A stretch of 64,000 nt of DNA from an uncultured Candidatus Saccharibacteria bacterium (GTDB lineage Bacteria > Patescibacteriota > Minisyncoccia > Phycocordibacterales > Zambryskibacteraceae), in NCBI GenBank assembly GCA_964504255.1, contig CAZDDU010000002.1, positions 60,385-124,384 of the forward strand, written 5' to 3'. The first letter of the stretch is position 1. Each line of letters opens with the position of its first letter. The position numbers and the translations under genes are program-made. Shown one piece after another: positions 26,507 to 36,593 of this stretch. The notes under the pieces are model-generated. The model saw only the letters and a list, made by a program, of their open reading frames with translations. It did not search any database and was not told the origin of the DNA.

Positions 26507-27235
26507 TTATGCAAAATTTGGCACACCTATCTTGTCTGTCTCCATTTCAATTTCGCCATGCTTCACTTCCTGATTCACTCTGAGTACTCCCCTCTTAACG
26601 AGTTCAAGTACAGCAAGGAAGCCGACAATTGTGTTCACCTTCTCTTCCTTACTATACACTTCGCTGAACTTCATTCGCATGCCCTTGGCAATCCTTTCCG
26701 ACAGTTTCTCTATCATCTGCTCAAGGGTAATGATCTTTTTTATCGTAGTTTTCGGCAAGGCTTCCTTCTTGGGTAAGGTATTCAAGAGGTGCATCAAGAT
26801 ATTCGAGAGGTTCTCCACATCGGTCTTTGAGTCTGGAGAAAAGACAATTATCTCACTCCTTTTGGGTTCCTTCTCAAAAATAATTTTTTGTCCGTAAAGC
26901 TTCTTCAGTTCGACAGTCAGTTCTTTGACCTTCTGGTAGAGCTTCAAGCGGTCCTCGAGGTCCTCTATAGATGCAGTCTCTTCCTCCGTGAGAGGTAGCG
27001 AAGGTAACAGAGAACGACTCTTGATGAGCATTAGAGTCGAGGCCACAAGTATGAACTCTGCACTCTCGTTTATGGGGAATTCTTCATGCATCTCGATATA
27101 CTTAACGAAGTCGTCTGTCACTTGAGAGAGCGAAACATCGTTCACAAAGAGTTTCCTCTTTTCTATAAGATCCAAAAGCAAGTCGAGTGGTCCGGTGAAT
27201 ACCTCTGTCTTAACTGAGTAGCCGAACCCATTCAT
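26507..27235 (-). CDS. scpA: Segregation and condensation protein A.
   Basis: 242-aa kleisin-like protein immediately upstream of scpB. Confidence 0.8.
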   Translation of the reverse strand: MNGFGYSVKTEVFTGPLDLLLDLIEKRKLFVNDVSLSQVTDDFVKYIEMHEEFPINESAEFILVASTLMLIKSRSLLPSLPLTEEETASIEDLEDRLKLYQKVKELTVELKKLYGQKIIFEKEPKRSEIIVFSPDSKTDVENLSNILMHLLNTLPKKEALPKTTIKKIITLEQMIEKLSERIAKGMRMKFSEVYSKEEKVNTIVGFLAVLELVKRGVLRVNQEVKHGEIEMETDKIGVPNFA

Positions 27236-27236
27236 G

Positions 27237-28583
27237 TTAGTTAGATTCTGAAAGACGCTCGTCTATGCGGTCCATGTCTCTGGGAAACATAGATGCTTCG
27301 CGTACATTCTTGAGTCCTAGTAGTTGCATAGTCACACGCTCAGCACCAAGGGCGAAACCGCCTTCAGGAGGTACTCCGTACTTGAAGGCCTCGAGAAACA
27401 TCTTGATTTTATTTGGGTCCATCTTCCACTCCTTAACATGCTCAAGCAGTTGGTCGTATTTGTTGACTCTCCTACCACCTGACATCCATTCGAGTCCTCG
27501 GCAAAGTAGGTCCACACCTTCATTGAACTCTGGATTCTCTGGGTTTGGATACACATAGAAGGGCTTCTTCCTTGTTGGGTAGCCGTAGACGAAAACGAAG
27601 TCAGAGCCTGTCTCCTTCTTCACAATCTCACAAATTTCTCTTTCGTCTTGAGCATTGAGATCCTTCTCCCCTCTCACATCTCTGCCAAATTCTTTAAATA
27701 TTTTGTCCTGAGCTTCTGTGAGCGAGATGGTCGGAGTCTTCTCTATCATTATAGGTAGTTCAACCTTGAGTAACTTTAGATGTTCTGCATTGTCTTCCGA
27801 CACTCTCTTCAAGATGTGTCTCACTGTACTCTCGGCCATATCCTTCACATCCTCCCAACTTTCAATGAATCCCATCTCAGCATCAAGTGAGACTACTTCA
27901 GTCAGATGTCTAGTGGTCGCACTTGGTTCAGCACGGAAGATCTTGTTCACCGAGAAGACACGCTCGAAAGCCGACATCACAATTTGCTTGTAGAGTTGAG
28001 GTGATTGAGTGAGATAAGCTTTCTTGTCGAAGTAATCAACTTGGAAGACCTCGCTTCCTCCCTCCGCAACCGCAGGAGTAATTGCTGGTGCTTGGAATTC
28101 GAAGAACATGTTCTTCTTCAAATGTTCTCTAAAGGCATCGATTATGGTCTCTTGGACTTTGAACACTGCCTGAACTTTAGGATGCCTTAGTACTAGAGCT
28201 CTGTTGTCGAGTTCTGTCACTAAGTCTAGGTTGTAACCGTCTATAGACATGTCGAATGGTAGAGGCTCTGCCTTGGCAAGTACTTCGACACTAGTAACCT
28301 CAAGCTCTATGTCGCCGTTTGTAACCTCGGGGTTAACATTCTTCTCTGGGCGCGCGTTTACTTTACCAACGATCTTAACCACCCATTCTGAACGGAGTTG
28401 TTTGGCTACTTCTAGTGCCTCTGTGTGGTTTGGGAGTACTACAGACTGGACCTTGCCCGTCATGTCTCGAATATCGAGGAAGATCATCTTACCTTGGTCA
28501 CGACGCACATCTACCCAGCCAGAGATACTGACCTCCTCACCTTTCTTCGCACTTAAATCCTTGATGAATGTTCTTTTATGCAT
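27237..28583 (-). CDS. Class IIb Asp/Asn-tRNA ligase, probably an archaeal-type (non-discriminating) AspRS.
   Basis: An N-terminal OB anticodon-binding domain. Motif 2 reads FRAEPSATTRHLTE. Motif 3 reads GGFALGAERV. 448 aa. Confidence 0.85.
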   Translation of the reverse strand: MHKRTFIKDLSAKKGEEVSISGWVDVRRDQGKMIFLDIRDMTGKVQSVVLPNHTEALEVAKQLRSEWVVKIVGKVNARPEKNVNPEVTNGDIELEVTSVEVLAKAEPLPFDMSIDGYNLDLVTELDNRALVLRHPKVQAVFKVQETIIDAFREHLKKNMFFEFQAPAITPAVAEGGSEVFQVDYFDKKAYLTQSPQLYKQIVMSAFERVFSVNKIFRAEPSATTRHLTEVVSLDAEMGFIESWEDVKDMAESTVRHILKRVSEDNAEHLKLLKVELPIMIEKTPTISLTEAQDKIFKEFGRDVRGEKDLNAQDEREICEIVKKETGSDFVFVYGYPTRKKPFYVYPNPENPEFNEGVDLLCRGLEWMSGGRRVNKYDQLLEHVKEWKMDPNKIKMFLEAFKYGVPPEGGFALGAERVTMQLLGLKNVREASMFPRDMDRIDERLSESN

Positions 28584-29526
28584 TGTGTATGAGTCCTACC
28601 TTACTTCTAACTTCTACCATCTTGTCGTGAACAACCTTCCTCATCCTCTTGCCACCCTCGGCCACTATATTGTCTACCTCGTCCATCTTCCCTGCCCATT
28701 CAGCCCGACTCTCTCGCATTGGTCTTATGAAGTTCTTGATATCTTCGGCTAGTAACTCCTTTAACTTCTTGTACTGGCCTTTGTTCTCATTGTAAATTGT
28801 GTCTAGTTCATTGTTGGTTCTAAACAATTGGTGGATTTTGAATACATTCTCAGGATACTCGCCAGACGAATCAGTAACGATACCCATCACCGCTTTCTCT
28901 ATCTCAGCGTCTTCAGCAAAGAGAGGTATGGTGTTGCCGTAGCTCTTGCTCATCTTCTGTCCATCGGTCCCTGGTACAGTCTCTACGGCTTCTAGTACAA
29001 GCTCCTTAGGCTCTTTAAGAGTCTCACCATAGATGTTGTTGAAGTCACGAGCTACTTCGCGTGCGATTTCTATGTGTTGCTTCTGATCCTTGCCGACAGG
29101 CACTACGTCTGCATCATGTACAAGGATGTCTGCTGCCATGAGTAACGGATAGTTAAATGTCCCCACATTGATGTCGGCATTCTTTGCCTCCTTATCTTTG
29201 AAGACGTGCGCGCGCATGAGCTCAGACATAGTAGTAAGGCAAGAGAAGATCCAAGAGAGCTCTGTCACATGTGGTACATCCGATTGATAGTAGAGAGTAA
29301 CCTTCTTTGGGTCGAGTCCTATAGCAAGGAAGTCGAGTACCATCTCACGAGATATTTTCTTAAGCTCCTCTGGATTTTGTAGAGTGGTGAGGGCGTGGAG
29401 GTTCGCGATAAATATCCTTGTCTCGTACTCATCTTGTAGGTCGACAAATTGCTTAAGTGCACCAAAGTAATTACCTATGTGTAGCCGGCCCGAAGGCTGG
29501 ACCCCCGAGACAAGAATTTTCTTCAT
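28576..29526 (-). CDS. trpS: Tryptophan--tRNA ligase.
   Basis: VSGVQPSGRLHIGNYFG is the HIGH-type motif. KMSKSYGN is the KMSKS motif. Confidence 0.9.
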   Translation of the reverse strand: MKKILVSGVQPSGRLHIGNYFGALKQFVDLQDEYETRIFIANLHALTTLQNPEELKKISREMVLDFLAIGLDPKKVTLYYQSDVPHVTELSWIFSCLTTMSELMRAHVFKDKEAKNADINVGTFNYPLLMAADILVHDADVVPVGKDQKQHIEIAREVARDFNNIYGETLKEPKELVLEAVETVPGTDGQKMSKSYGNTIPLFAEDAEIEKAVMGIVTDSSGEYPENVFKIHQLFRTNNELDTIYNENKGQYKKLKELLAEDIKNFIRPMRESRAEWAGKMDEVDNIVAEGGKRMRKVVHDKMVEVRSKVGLIHNA

Positions 29527-29562
29527 AAGGCCTATTTTAACAGAAATTCAGGGTATAAAAAA

Positions 29563-29589
29563 GCCACTAAACCTCTACGGTTAGTGGCT
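29563..29589 (-). terminator. Terminator overlapping the 3' end of the 118-aa gene.
   Basis: AGCCACTAA-cctctacgg-TTAGTGGCT followed by TTTTTTAT on the minus strand. Confidence 0.5.
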
Positions 29590-29923
29590 CATTGAGCTTG
29601 ACCAATCCCATGTCGATGATTCTCTTCAGATGCTCCTTTTCAAACGAATGCAGCTGATCACTCGGTAGACCCCAAAAGTCGAAATGCTCGACTCCAGGAT
29701 TGTCTTCAAATGCGGGCTTCCAGCGTTCCCCATTCATTCGATGATTGATTGGGTAGAAGAACACCCTGTGCTCTTCGCAACCAGATCTGAATGAGATGAT
29801 AGGGATTAGTCTCCCGCCGTTGATGGTGAGAGCTCCTTCTCTCCATCCTCCCCAAAGTCCATTCTGCCAGAGTAGCCAGATAAACCCGGGTTCAATCGGG
29901 TAAACGACATTGATTATTTTCAC
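29567..29923 (-). CDS. Hypothetical Trp/Gly-rich protein.
   Basis: 118 aa, supported by the downstream terminator. No recognisable domain. Confidence 0.45.
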   Translation of the reverse strand: MKIINVVYPIEPGFIWLLWQNGLWGGWREGALTINGGRLIPIISFRSGCEEHRVFFYPINHRMNGERWKPAFEDNPGVEHFDFWGLPSDQLHSFEKEHLKRIIDMGLVKLNEPLTVEV

Positions 29924-29972
29924 AAAGACCTCGTGAGTAGTGTTCCGGATATATATTGTAGCACCAAATAAA

Positions 29973-31604
29973 CTACGCTAAAGGTAGTTCGATGTAGAAG
30001 GTTGAACCCTTACCTGCTCCATGAGTTTCTGCCCAGACACGACCTTTGTGAGCTTCTACCACTCCTTTAACGAAGGCTAGACCGTATCCTGTCGAATTAA
30101 CGTTGTATCTCAATGAATCCTTGCCTCTGCCTCCCTTGGTGAACAGTTTTGGCATATCATCCGATGTAATACCAATACCGGTGTCACTAACAGTGAGTAG
30201 AATTTTCTTAATTCTCTTTTCGAGATGGATGCTAACTCCACCAAGTTCAGTGTAAACAATCGAGTTATTGATCAAGTTCTTCACAGATTCTCGAAGTTGT
30301 ACTTCATCACCAGTAATATTGAAACTCTCACCACTAGGATTGAACTCGATACTTAAGTTTTTGTTCTTAGCAGCATCCTCTGACTCATTAATGGCAAGTT
30401 CAACAACTGTTTTGAAGTCAATCTGCTTCATTGTGAAGGGCAATTTTCCACTTTCTGCACTGGAACCTCTTAGGATTTGCTGTACGAAGTCTATTCCTTC
30501 TGTAAGCGATTTGAATCCTTCGTCGGCCATGGGCTTAGCACTTTCAGGCAGGCCATAGTCCTTCTCTTGTATGAGCTCAATGAAGATGTTTCGTCCTTTG
30601 GAGAGATACCCCTTGATCTGATGGTTAATGATGTGGATAAGGTTTTCTTGACCGTCATTAGCAATTTGTAGCAACTCCTTCTGCTCAACTTCTCTCTGGA
30701 CACTTCTAATAAGTAGGTATCCGAGTGCTGTAAATATGATTAAGGTGAAGACGACTACTTCTTTGAGTACTGTTATGTCGGTAATGAGCAGTGTAGCAAA
30801 TAGAAGTATCCATTGAGCTGTTACGAGTACTTGTGCAGAAATAAGTTTGACGCTAAACAGATGGTATTTGACTATAAGGTATGCAATAACAGCAATAAAC
30901 ACAGGGACGCCGAATAACCCGTACTGACCTATTTGCCAGTCAAAGGACAAACTACCGATAATGTTTCCAAGAGAGAAAGAGAGCAAGAAGAAGACCATTC
31001 CCGAGGTAACTAAAGCGATTTTCTTTCTTTCGGATGAATCTTTGAGATCGAGGAATTTTCTTAGTCCAATTATAAGAATCCATAGAGAGAAGATGACCTC
31101 GATAAAGTAACCATAGAATGGCAGCAACCCTTCCCCAACCTCTCTTTCGCAGTTGGTAAGATCAAAATAAGAAACATTAAGGCCAGTGGATGCAAAAAGG
31201 ATGGTCGGGAGAAGAAGTATTCCGACAGTAAGCTTCTCGTTGAAACTCTTGCTAGGACCATTAATGAATGATGTTATGAAGAACAAAGAACCTGCAAAGA
31301 TCATGGGTTCTATCATGTTGATCATCGACCAAAAGAACATGATGAAAGAAGGTTTTTCAGAAGCCCAAAGTATCAAGTCGAAGGTCAACCAAAGAGATAA
31401 AAGAAGTGTGGTGAACAAAAACCATCTAGATGCCTGTAGTTTGGGATTCTTGTAAAAAATAATTAGGGCCAGCGGTATAGAAACGACAATTGGCAAAAGA
31501 TGTGAGTAGTAAATAAGGTGATCAAAGACGTTGTTGGATATTATGAAAAATCTTGCTGGGTCCCATTCACATATTTGTGCATATTCTGAAATTGTTCTGA
31601 GCAT
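29973..31604 (-). CDS. Membrane sensor histidine kinase (orphan; no adjacent response regulator).
   Basis: An 8-TM N-terminal region. The H-box region and the HATPase_c G-boxes (DTGIGI, GYGLAF) are present. Confidence 0.85.
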   Translation of the reverse strand: MLRTISEYAQICEWDPARFFIISNNVFDHLIYYSHLLPIVVSIPLALIIFYKNPKLQASRWFLFTTLLLSLWLTFDLILWASEKPSFIMFFWSMINMIEPMIFAGSLFFITSFINGPSKSFNEKLTVGILLLPTILFASTGLNVSYFDLTNCEREVGEGLLPFYGYFIEVIFSLWILIIGLRKFLDLKDSSERKKIALVTSGMVFFLLSFSLGNIIGSLSFDWQIGQYGLFGVPVFIAVIAYLIVKYHLFSVKLISAQVLVTAQWILLFATLLITDITVLKEVVVFTLIIFTALGYLLIRSVQREVEQKELLQIANDGQENLIHIINHQIKGYLSKGRNIFIELIQEKDYGLPESAKPMADEGFKSLTEGIDFVQQILRGSSAESGKLPFTMKQIDFKTVVELAINESEDAAKNKNLSIEFNPSGESFNITGDEVQLRESVKNLINNSIVYTELGGVSIHLEKRIKKILLTVSDTGIGITSDDMPKLFTKGGRGKDSLRYNVNSTGYGLAFVKGVVEAHKGRVWAETHGAGKGSTFYIELPLA

Positions 31605-31831
31605 ACTATTCTTCTATTTCTAAAAGTGATTGTTGAAAAAGGGCTTCATCTTCAGCAAATTCAAAATTTTGCTCAACAATATATTTCTTATACATCAAAA
31701 AAGTTGATACCAAGACAATAACTAAAAATATTGATGAGAGTATCTTAGCTCTTTTCTCCATTAATATTATTGTACACCGAATTTAAACTGAAAATCGCAC
31801 ATAATGATTTTTTTGTTAGTAAAAAGGGCCG

Positions 31832-32437
31832 CTAGTTGTTACTAGCGACCCTTCTCGATCTTGCGATGAGCCATACGGTACCATGTTGAAGTACGTAGTT
31901 CATCGGTAGGACCAAGTCCCACCATTTATCCCAACGGAGTGCAACAACCATGACCATGAGTGCGTATGATATGGTCCACACACCCCACGCTCTCGGTATC
32001 TCTTCATTGGGATCGTTCCAAGTGCTGCGGAAGATCGGAATGAATGTGATCCAAATGTCGAGCTCGAGTATAATGCTCGTCGAGTACTTATCTCCGGAGA
32101 GAAAGAAGTACAAGAGCACACTTGCATCAAGCATGATGACCAACAGGTCTGTCCTGTCGGGCATGCGGAGCCTCTCGAGCTTCGCAGCTTCGAGGAATGT
32201 GATGACTGCACCTATGGCACAGACGTAGTACGGCAACACCTTCACCCAGTCCTCAGAGAGATCCTGATAAAGGAAGATTACCGGAATACTAGTCAGCGCC
32301 CAGATGCCCCACGATGTTGCATTGGCTCTCACCTGACGTCGAGCAATGGCTCGGCAATAGACGAGATATCCAGCAAGCATGAAGATGCTTGCGATGAGAC
32401 TCAAGCTCTGCGCAAGAATGTTCATGGATTGCTCCAA
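31832..32437 (-). CDS. Polytopic membrane hypothetical protein.
   Basis: 201 aa with about 6 TM helices. Confidence 0.5.
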   Translation of the reverse strand: MEQSMNILAQSLSLIASIFMLAGYLVYCRAIARRQVRANATSWGIWALTSIPVIFLYQDLSEDWVKVLPYYVCAIGAVITFLEAAKLERLRMPDRTDLLVIMLDASVLLYFFLSGDKYSTSIILELDIWITFIPIFRSTWNDPNEEIPRAWGVWTISYALMVMVVALRWDKWWDLVLPMNYVLQHGTVWLIARSRRVASNN

Positions 32438-32489
32438 TTAAGTGAAAGATCTAATAACCTGATAAAAGTATAGCATAAAATATGGGTAC

Positions 32490-32518
32490 TTGTCAACATT
32501 TGATTATAAGGCTATAAT
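32490..32518 (+). promoter_or_regulatory. Promoter TTGTCA-17-TATAAT giving an essentially leaderless SET-gene mRNA.
   Basis: The -10 element ends 11 nt before the ATG at 32530. There is no Shine-Dalgarno sequence. Confidence 0.5.
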
Positions 32519-32529
32519 AAGCCTACGTT

Positions 32530-32949
32530 ATGTTGATGGTAAAAACAAAGCTTGGTAGAAGTGAAATTCATGGAATTGGACTCTTTGCCGATCAGTTTAT
32601 ACCTAAGGGTACTACTACCTGGGTTTTTGCTCCAGGATTTGATCTCAGAGTTGAGCATGATGATTTATTGAAACTCTCAGAACATGCTAGAAAAATGTTT
32701 TGGACTTATGCATATGTGGATAAGTTTAATAGTCATTACATACTTTGTTTTGACGATGAGCGCTTTATAAACCACTCTGAAGAGCCGAATGTTATCCAAA
32801 TGAGAAAGGATGGTGAGGCAGAAGGTATTGAGGTAGCAGCTCGTGACATCCAACCAGGTGAAGAGCTATTGGTAAACTATTACGACTTCGATAAAGATGC
32901 AGATAGAAAACTTAAAGGCCTTGGTATCTACGGCGGAAAGTACGATTAG
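32530..32949 (+). CDS. SET-domain protein (putative lysine methyltransferase).
   Basis: GIGLFADQFIPKG matches the GxG motif. RFINHSEEPN matches the NHSC-type motif. EELLVNYYD matches the ELxxDY motif. 139 aa. Confidence 0.75.
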   Translation: MLMVKTKLGRSEIHGIGLFADQFIPKGTTTWVFAPGFDLRVEHDDLLKLSEHARKMFWTYAYVDKFNSHYILCFDDERFINHSEEPNVIQMRKDGEAEGIEVAARDIQPGEELLVNYYDFDKDADRKLKGLGIYGGKYD

Positions 32950-32995
32950 TGCTTATTTGTATCTATTGTAGCATATTTACAATTAGCTTACGATA

Positions 32996-33023
32996 TTGCC
33001 AAATTTTTAGAAAAGCCTAGTAT
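32996..33023 (+). promoter_or_regulatory. Promoter TTGCCA-16-TAGTAT. Leaderless start for the M16 peptidase gene.
   Basis: The -10 element ends 7 nt before the ATG at 33031. Confidence 0.45.
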
Positions 33024-33030
33024 TTAGGCC

Positions 33031-34299
33031 ATGCATATCAAAAATTTTGATCCATACGATTTTAGTAAAAAAGAGATTGATGGAGTGACTATCTATTATA
33101 AAAATATTCCTTGGGCTCCGTGCATAAACATTAGAGTCGTATTTAACACCGGTGCTTTTAATGACCCTGTTGGCAAGGAAGGCCTCTCTCATTTTCTAGA
33201 GCATATGATCTTAGCCGGTTCCCCAATGTTTGAGAATAAGAAAGCTCTTAAAGAGTGGTCTAAGAAGAATGCTTTGAACTCATTTAATGCTTGGACAAGT
33301 TTCTACAACACTACTTTTTGGCTTAGATGCCTACCAGAAAAGTTTGATGTAGCTCTAAGTGGAATGAAAGATGCTGTGTTCGGAGCTTTTATCAGACCTG
33401 AGGATGTTGAGAAGGAAAGAAAGGTTATAACTCAAGAGGCTTGGGGTAGGTTTCAGAATGAGAAGTTCCTAAAATATATTAAGGAGATTAATGCCATACT
33501 TCACCCTGACAATAAATTATCGAGATTTTTTTCCGCACTTGGTTGGCCAGAAACAATAGAGAAGATAAGTAGAGAGGACTTGGCAAGTTGGCACAAAGAG
33601 AACTATGGGTTGAATAATTTTTTTATTGTTGTCACTGGTAATTTTGAGGAAAGTGATTTGGATAAGTTTAATAGTTTCTTAAAGGACTTGCCTAAGGTAT
33701 CCCCTACTGAACTAAGGGTTGATGAAATCAAAGAGCCTACTAAGAATGAAATCATTAAGGAAGCTGATGAAATTGGAGAGATAAAGGAGCAGGTAGAAGT
33801 AAGCTATATGAGGTTTATGGATAAGCTGCCAGACGACTCTATACAGGCCTCATCTCTCTTTAGATTCTTTATTAATGACTTATTAAATGACAAATTAAGA
33901 TATGATCACAGCTTGTGCTATGGAGTTTCTGTAAGATTGTTTACTGATAATACTTACAGTCAATTTCTGGTTAATGTTAAGACTGACCAAAAAAACATTG
34001 ACTTAGTTGATAGCGAATTTAAAAAGCTTATAGAGGAAATTCAGGCCTCAAAGTTTGAGGAGAGATTCGGTGTTGTAAAAAGCACTGCATTAGAGCAAAT
34101 AAGATCAGAAGAGTTAATGTCTGATGATGTTGCAGACACTACTGTTAGACAGGTCTCATCCTTCAAAAGGAATATTACTTTGAAAGAAATTCTTGAAAAT
34201 ATGCAAAATGTGACCTATGCAGACATGATCCGCTTATCAAAACTCACTACTGATCCAAAGTTTCTCTTTAGAGAAATTATTCTCCCCTCTAAGAAATAG
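33031..34299 (+). CDS. M16 (pitrilysin/insulinase-family) zinc peptidase.
   Basis: The inverted zincin motif HxxEH is present as HFLEHMIL. A downstream Glu is present. 422 aa. Confidence 0.8.
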   Translation: MHIKNFDPYDFSKKEIDGVTIYYKNIPWAPCINIRVVFNTGAFNDPVGKEGLSHFLEHMILAGSPMFENKKALKEWSKKNALNSFNAWTSFYNTTFWLRCLPEKFDVALSGMKDAVFGAFIRPEDVEKERKVITQEAWGRFQNEKFLKYIKEINAILHPDNKLSRFFSALGWPETIEKISREDLASWHKENYGLNNFFIVVTGNFEESDLDKFNSFLKDLPKVSPTELRVDEIKEPTKNEIIKEADEIGEIKEQVEVSYMRFMDKLPDDSIQASSLFRFFINDLLNDKLRYDHSLCYGVSVRLFTDNTYSQFLVNVKTDQKNIDLVDSEFKKLIEEIQASKFEERFGVVKSTALEQIRSEELMSDDVADTTVRQVSSFKRNITLKEILENMQNVTYADMIRLSKLTTDPKFLFREIILPSKK

Positions 34300-34336
34300 T
34301 TCAATACAAGTTTACCCTTCGTTTCCTTGCAGATGG

Positions 34337-34822
34337 TTACAAATGCTTGGCGATTTCCTTCAAATACTCCTTAGAAATTACATGTTCGGTGTTCGGTATG
34401 TACTTAGTAATTTTCATATTCCTTGGTACATACTTCTTCACATCTTCTCTTTCGAATTCACCATAAAAGCACATATAGTTCTTTAGATAAATGTTCTTGG
34501 TATTTGTGATGTCTTTTATCATTACCTTTGGCAAAAATCCTTTTAGCTCATTGTCACATAAGTGAGTTGTTGTAGAGGCAAGGATAAGTTTTGACTTCTT
34601 GCGTTTATCCCAACTAATCATTGCGATAATACCACCAAGAGAAAAGCCAAAGATTACTGAATTGTCCTCTACGTCTATTGCTTGCTTAGAAAGTGATTTA
34701 TTCCAGTCAGGGTTAATTTTAATCACCTTATAACCTTTTTGTTCTGCTAATTTAGCAAGATCTTGGTACTGCTTCCTTCTAGTAGTGTCTGTATAGCCGG
34801 GAATGATGTAGAAAGTTTTCAT
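34337..34822 (-). CDS. Small alpha/beta hydrolase (serine esterase-like).
   Basis: The GxSxG motif is present as GFSLGG. 161 aa. Confidence 0.6.
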   Translation of the reverse strand: MKTFYIIPGYTDTTRRKQYQDLAKLAEQKGYKVIKINPDWNKSLSKQAIDVEDNSVIFGFSLGGIIAMISWDKRKKSKLILASTTTHLCDNELKGFLPKVMIKDITNTKNIYLKNYMCFYGEFEREDVKKYVPRNMKITKYIPNTEHVISKEYLKEIAKHL

Positions 34823-34833
34823 TACTTATATAT

Positions 34834-36591
34834 CTACCTAACAAGCTTCTCTAGCTTTTTAATATCCCCTTCTATCCCCTTAAGGCCCGCGAGGAAGAAT
34901 TCTGGTTTTGAGGTATCTATACCAATACTTTTGAATATTGCTTCTGGTGAGGCTGATCTACCCGCTCTTAGGAATTGTTCTATTTTCTTGGAATAGGTCG
35001 GGTCTTCCTTCCATCTTTCGAATAGGGCACGACTAATTATCTGACCGTAGGCATAGGAGTACACATAGAAGAACCTACGCATGTGAGAAAGTTTAACGAA
35101 GAAGTATCCGTCTTCATCTGTAATGTTGAACACATCACCCATATATGACTTGAGGTGTTTGGAGAATAGTTTAGCAATCTTGTCCTTGGATACTTGCCCT
35201 TCCTCTCTTATCCTTTCATGTAGTTCAAGTTCGAAGTTGTAGAAGGCTATTTGTCTGAAGATGGTGGACATGTCACCCATTATTTTGTTGTGTAGAAGAA
35301 TCGTTCTTTCTTCTTTTGACAACTCATTCTCGAGTTCTGAGGACACTAATTGCTCGAAGAAGGTGCTCGCGACTTCGGCTGTAGCTGTTGAATACTTTCT
35401 GTATCTTGCTGGTTGTTGCTTGCTTAGTTCAGTATGGAAGGCATGACCCATCTCATGAGCAAATATCTCTACAGAGCCAACATTATCTGTGTGATTAAGG
35501 AGAACAAAGGTTGGTCTAAGTCCCATGCCCCAACAATATGCTCCACCTCTCTTGCCCTTCCTTGGATAGACATCAATTTGTCCATTCTCTAGAAATCCCT
35601 TGAGTATCTCCAGATATTTAGAATCAACTTTGGCAAAGGCTCTCTTTAGTACTTCAGTTGAAGTTTCAAAGTCAAACTTCTTTTTGATCTCTCCCATCGG
35701 TACTGCTCTATCTCCAACCGATAGTGTTTTTTGTTTTAATAATTTTGCGTGTAGTTTGTAGAATCTTTGGCTAATTTTGAAATTCTTAGTTACCAAGCCA
35801 ACAAGATTATCAATAGACTTTTCGTCATTTTCACAACCAAGAATGGTAGCACTCTGTGGTCTCTTATATCCACGACGCTCGTCCATAATTTTCTTGTAAT
35901 TATATATAGCGTTTATTTCAGCTTCAGCGAAATCGCTTATCTTGAATAACACCTTGTTTATCTCATTGTTTAGATGATCTCTATCTTCTTTGGACTGGTC
36001 GGAAATTATATAAACTGCCTTTGATATAGGAACTTTTTCACCCTTGAAGTTTATAGTCTCTTTGTTCAACACTCTCTCTTGTCCATCTATCCACATTGTG
36101 TAGCTTGTTTGTGACAGCAAGTCTTCTAACTGCTCTTCCTTCTCTGTGAGCATGTATTGCCCAGCTTTAAACGCTTTTTCCAAACCATATCTAAATGGAG
36201 CAAGATTCTTGTCCTTCAAATATACTTTTTGTTTAGCTTTAGGAGTATTGCAAATTGCTAGATGAAAAAAAGTAATTCTTCCTGCCGCCTTAGTGATTCT
36301 TTGTTCAATCTTTGTAGCCAAAGCTCCTGCTACACTGTCGTCTGAATTGAGATCTGTTCTTAGAGCAAAGTACCAGTGTGGGACATTGCCATCAAGATCG
36401 GAGAATAGCTCCTCTCTGTACTTAAGAGCTTCCAGAAGTTTTGAAGCTGATGAGGTAAAATCCTTGCTCTTATATCTCTTCTCCAATTTGCCATAAGCGC
36501 TTTCGTACTTCTTCAAGTATTTTTCTATCTCTGGATCGTTCTCATTCTTGTAGAGAAGTGAGAGATCCCAATTTGTTTTGTATTTTTGCAT
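34834..36591 (-). CDS. pepF: Oligoendopeptidase F (M3B).
   Basis: HEMGH zinc motif. 585 aa. Confidence 0.85.
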   Translation of the reverse strand: MQKYKTNWDLSLLYKNENDPEIEKYLKKYESAYGKLEKRYKSKDFTSSASKLLEALKYREELFSDLDGNVPHWYFALRTDLNSDDSVAGALATKIEQRITKAAGRITFFHLAICNTPKAKQKVYLKDKNLAPFRYGLEKAFKAGQYMLTEKEEQLEDLLSQTSYTMWIDGQERVLNKETINFKGEKVPISKAVYIISDQSKEDRDHLNNEINKVLFKISDFAEAEINAIYNYKKIMDERRGYKRPQSATILGCENDEKSIDNLVGLVTKNFKISQRFYKLHAKLLKQKTLSVGDRAVPMGEIKKKFDFETSTEVLKRAFAKVDSKYLEILKGFLENGQIDVYPRKGKRGGAYCWGMGLRPTFVLLNHTDNVGSVEIFAHEMGHAFHTELSKQQPARYRKYSTATAEVASTFFEQLVSSELENELSKEERTILLHNKIMGDMSTIFRQIAFYNFELELHERIREEGQVSKDKIAKLFSKHLKSYMGDVFNITDEDGYFFVKLSHMRRFFYVYSYAYGQIISRALFERWKEDPTYSKKIEQFLRAGRSASPEAIFKSIGIDTSKPEFFLAGLKGIEGDIKKLEKLVR

Positions 36592-36593
36592 AT

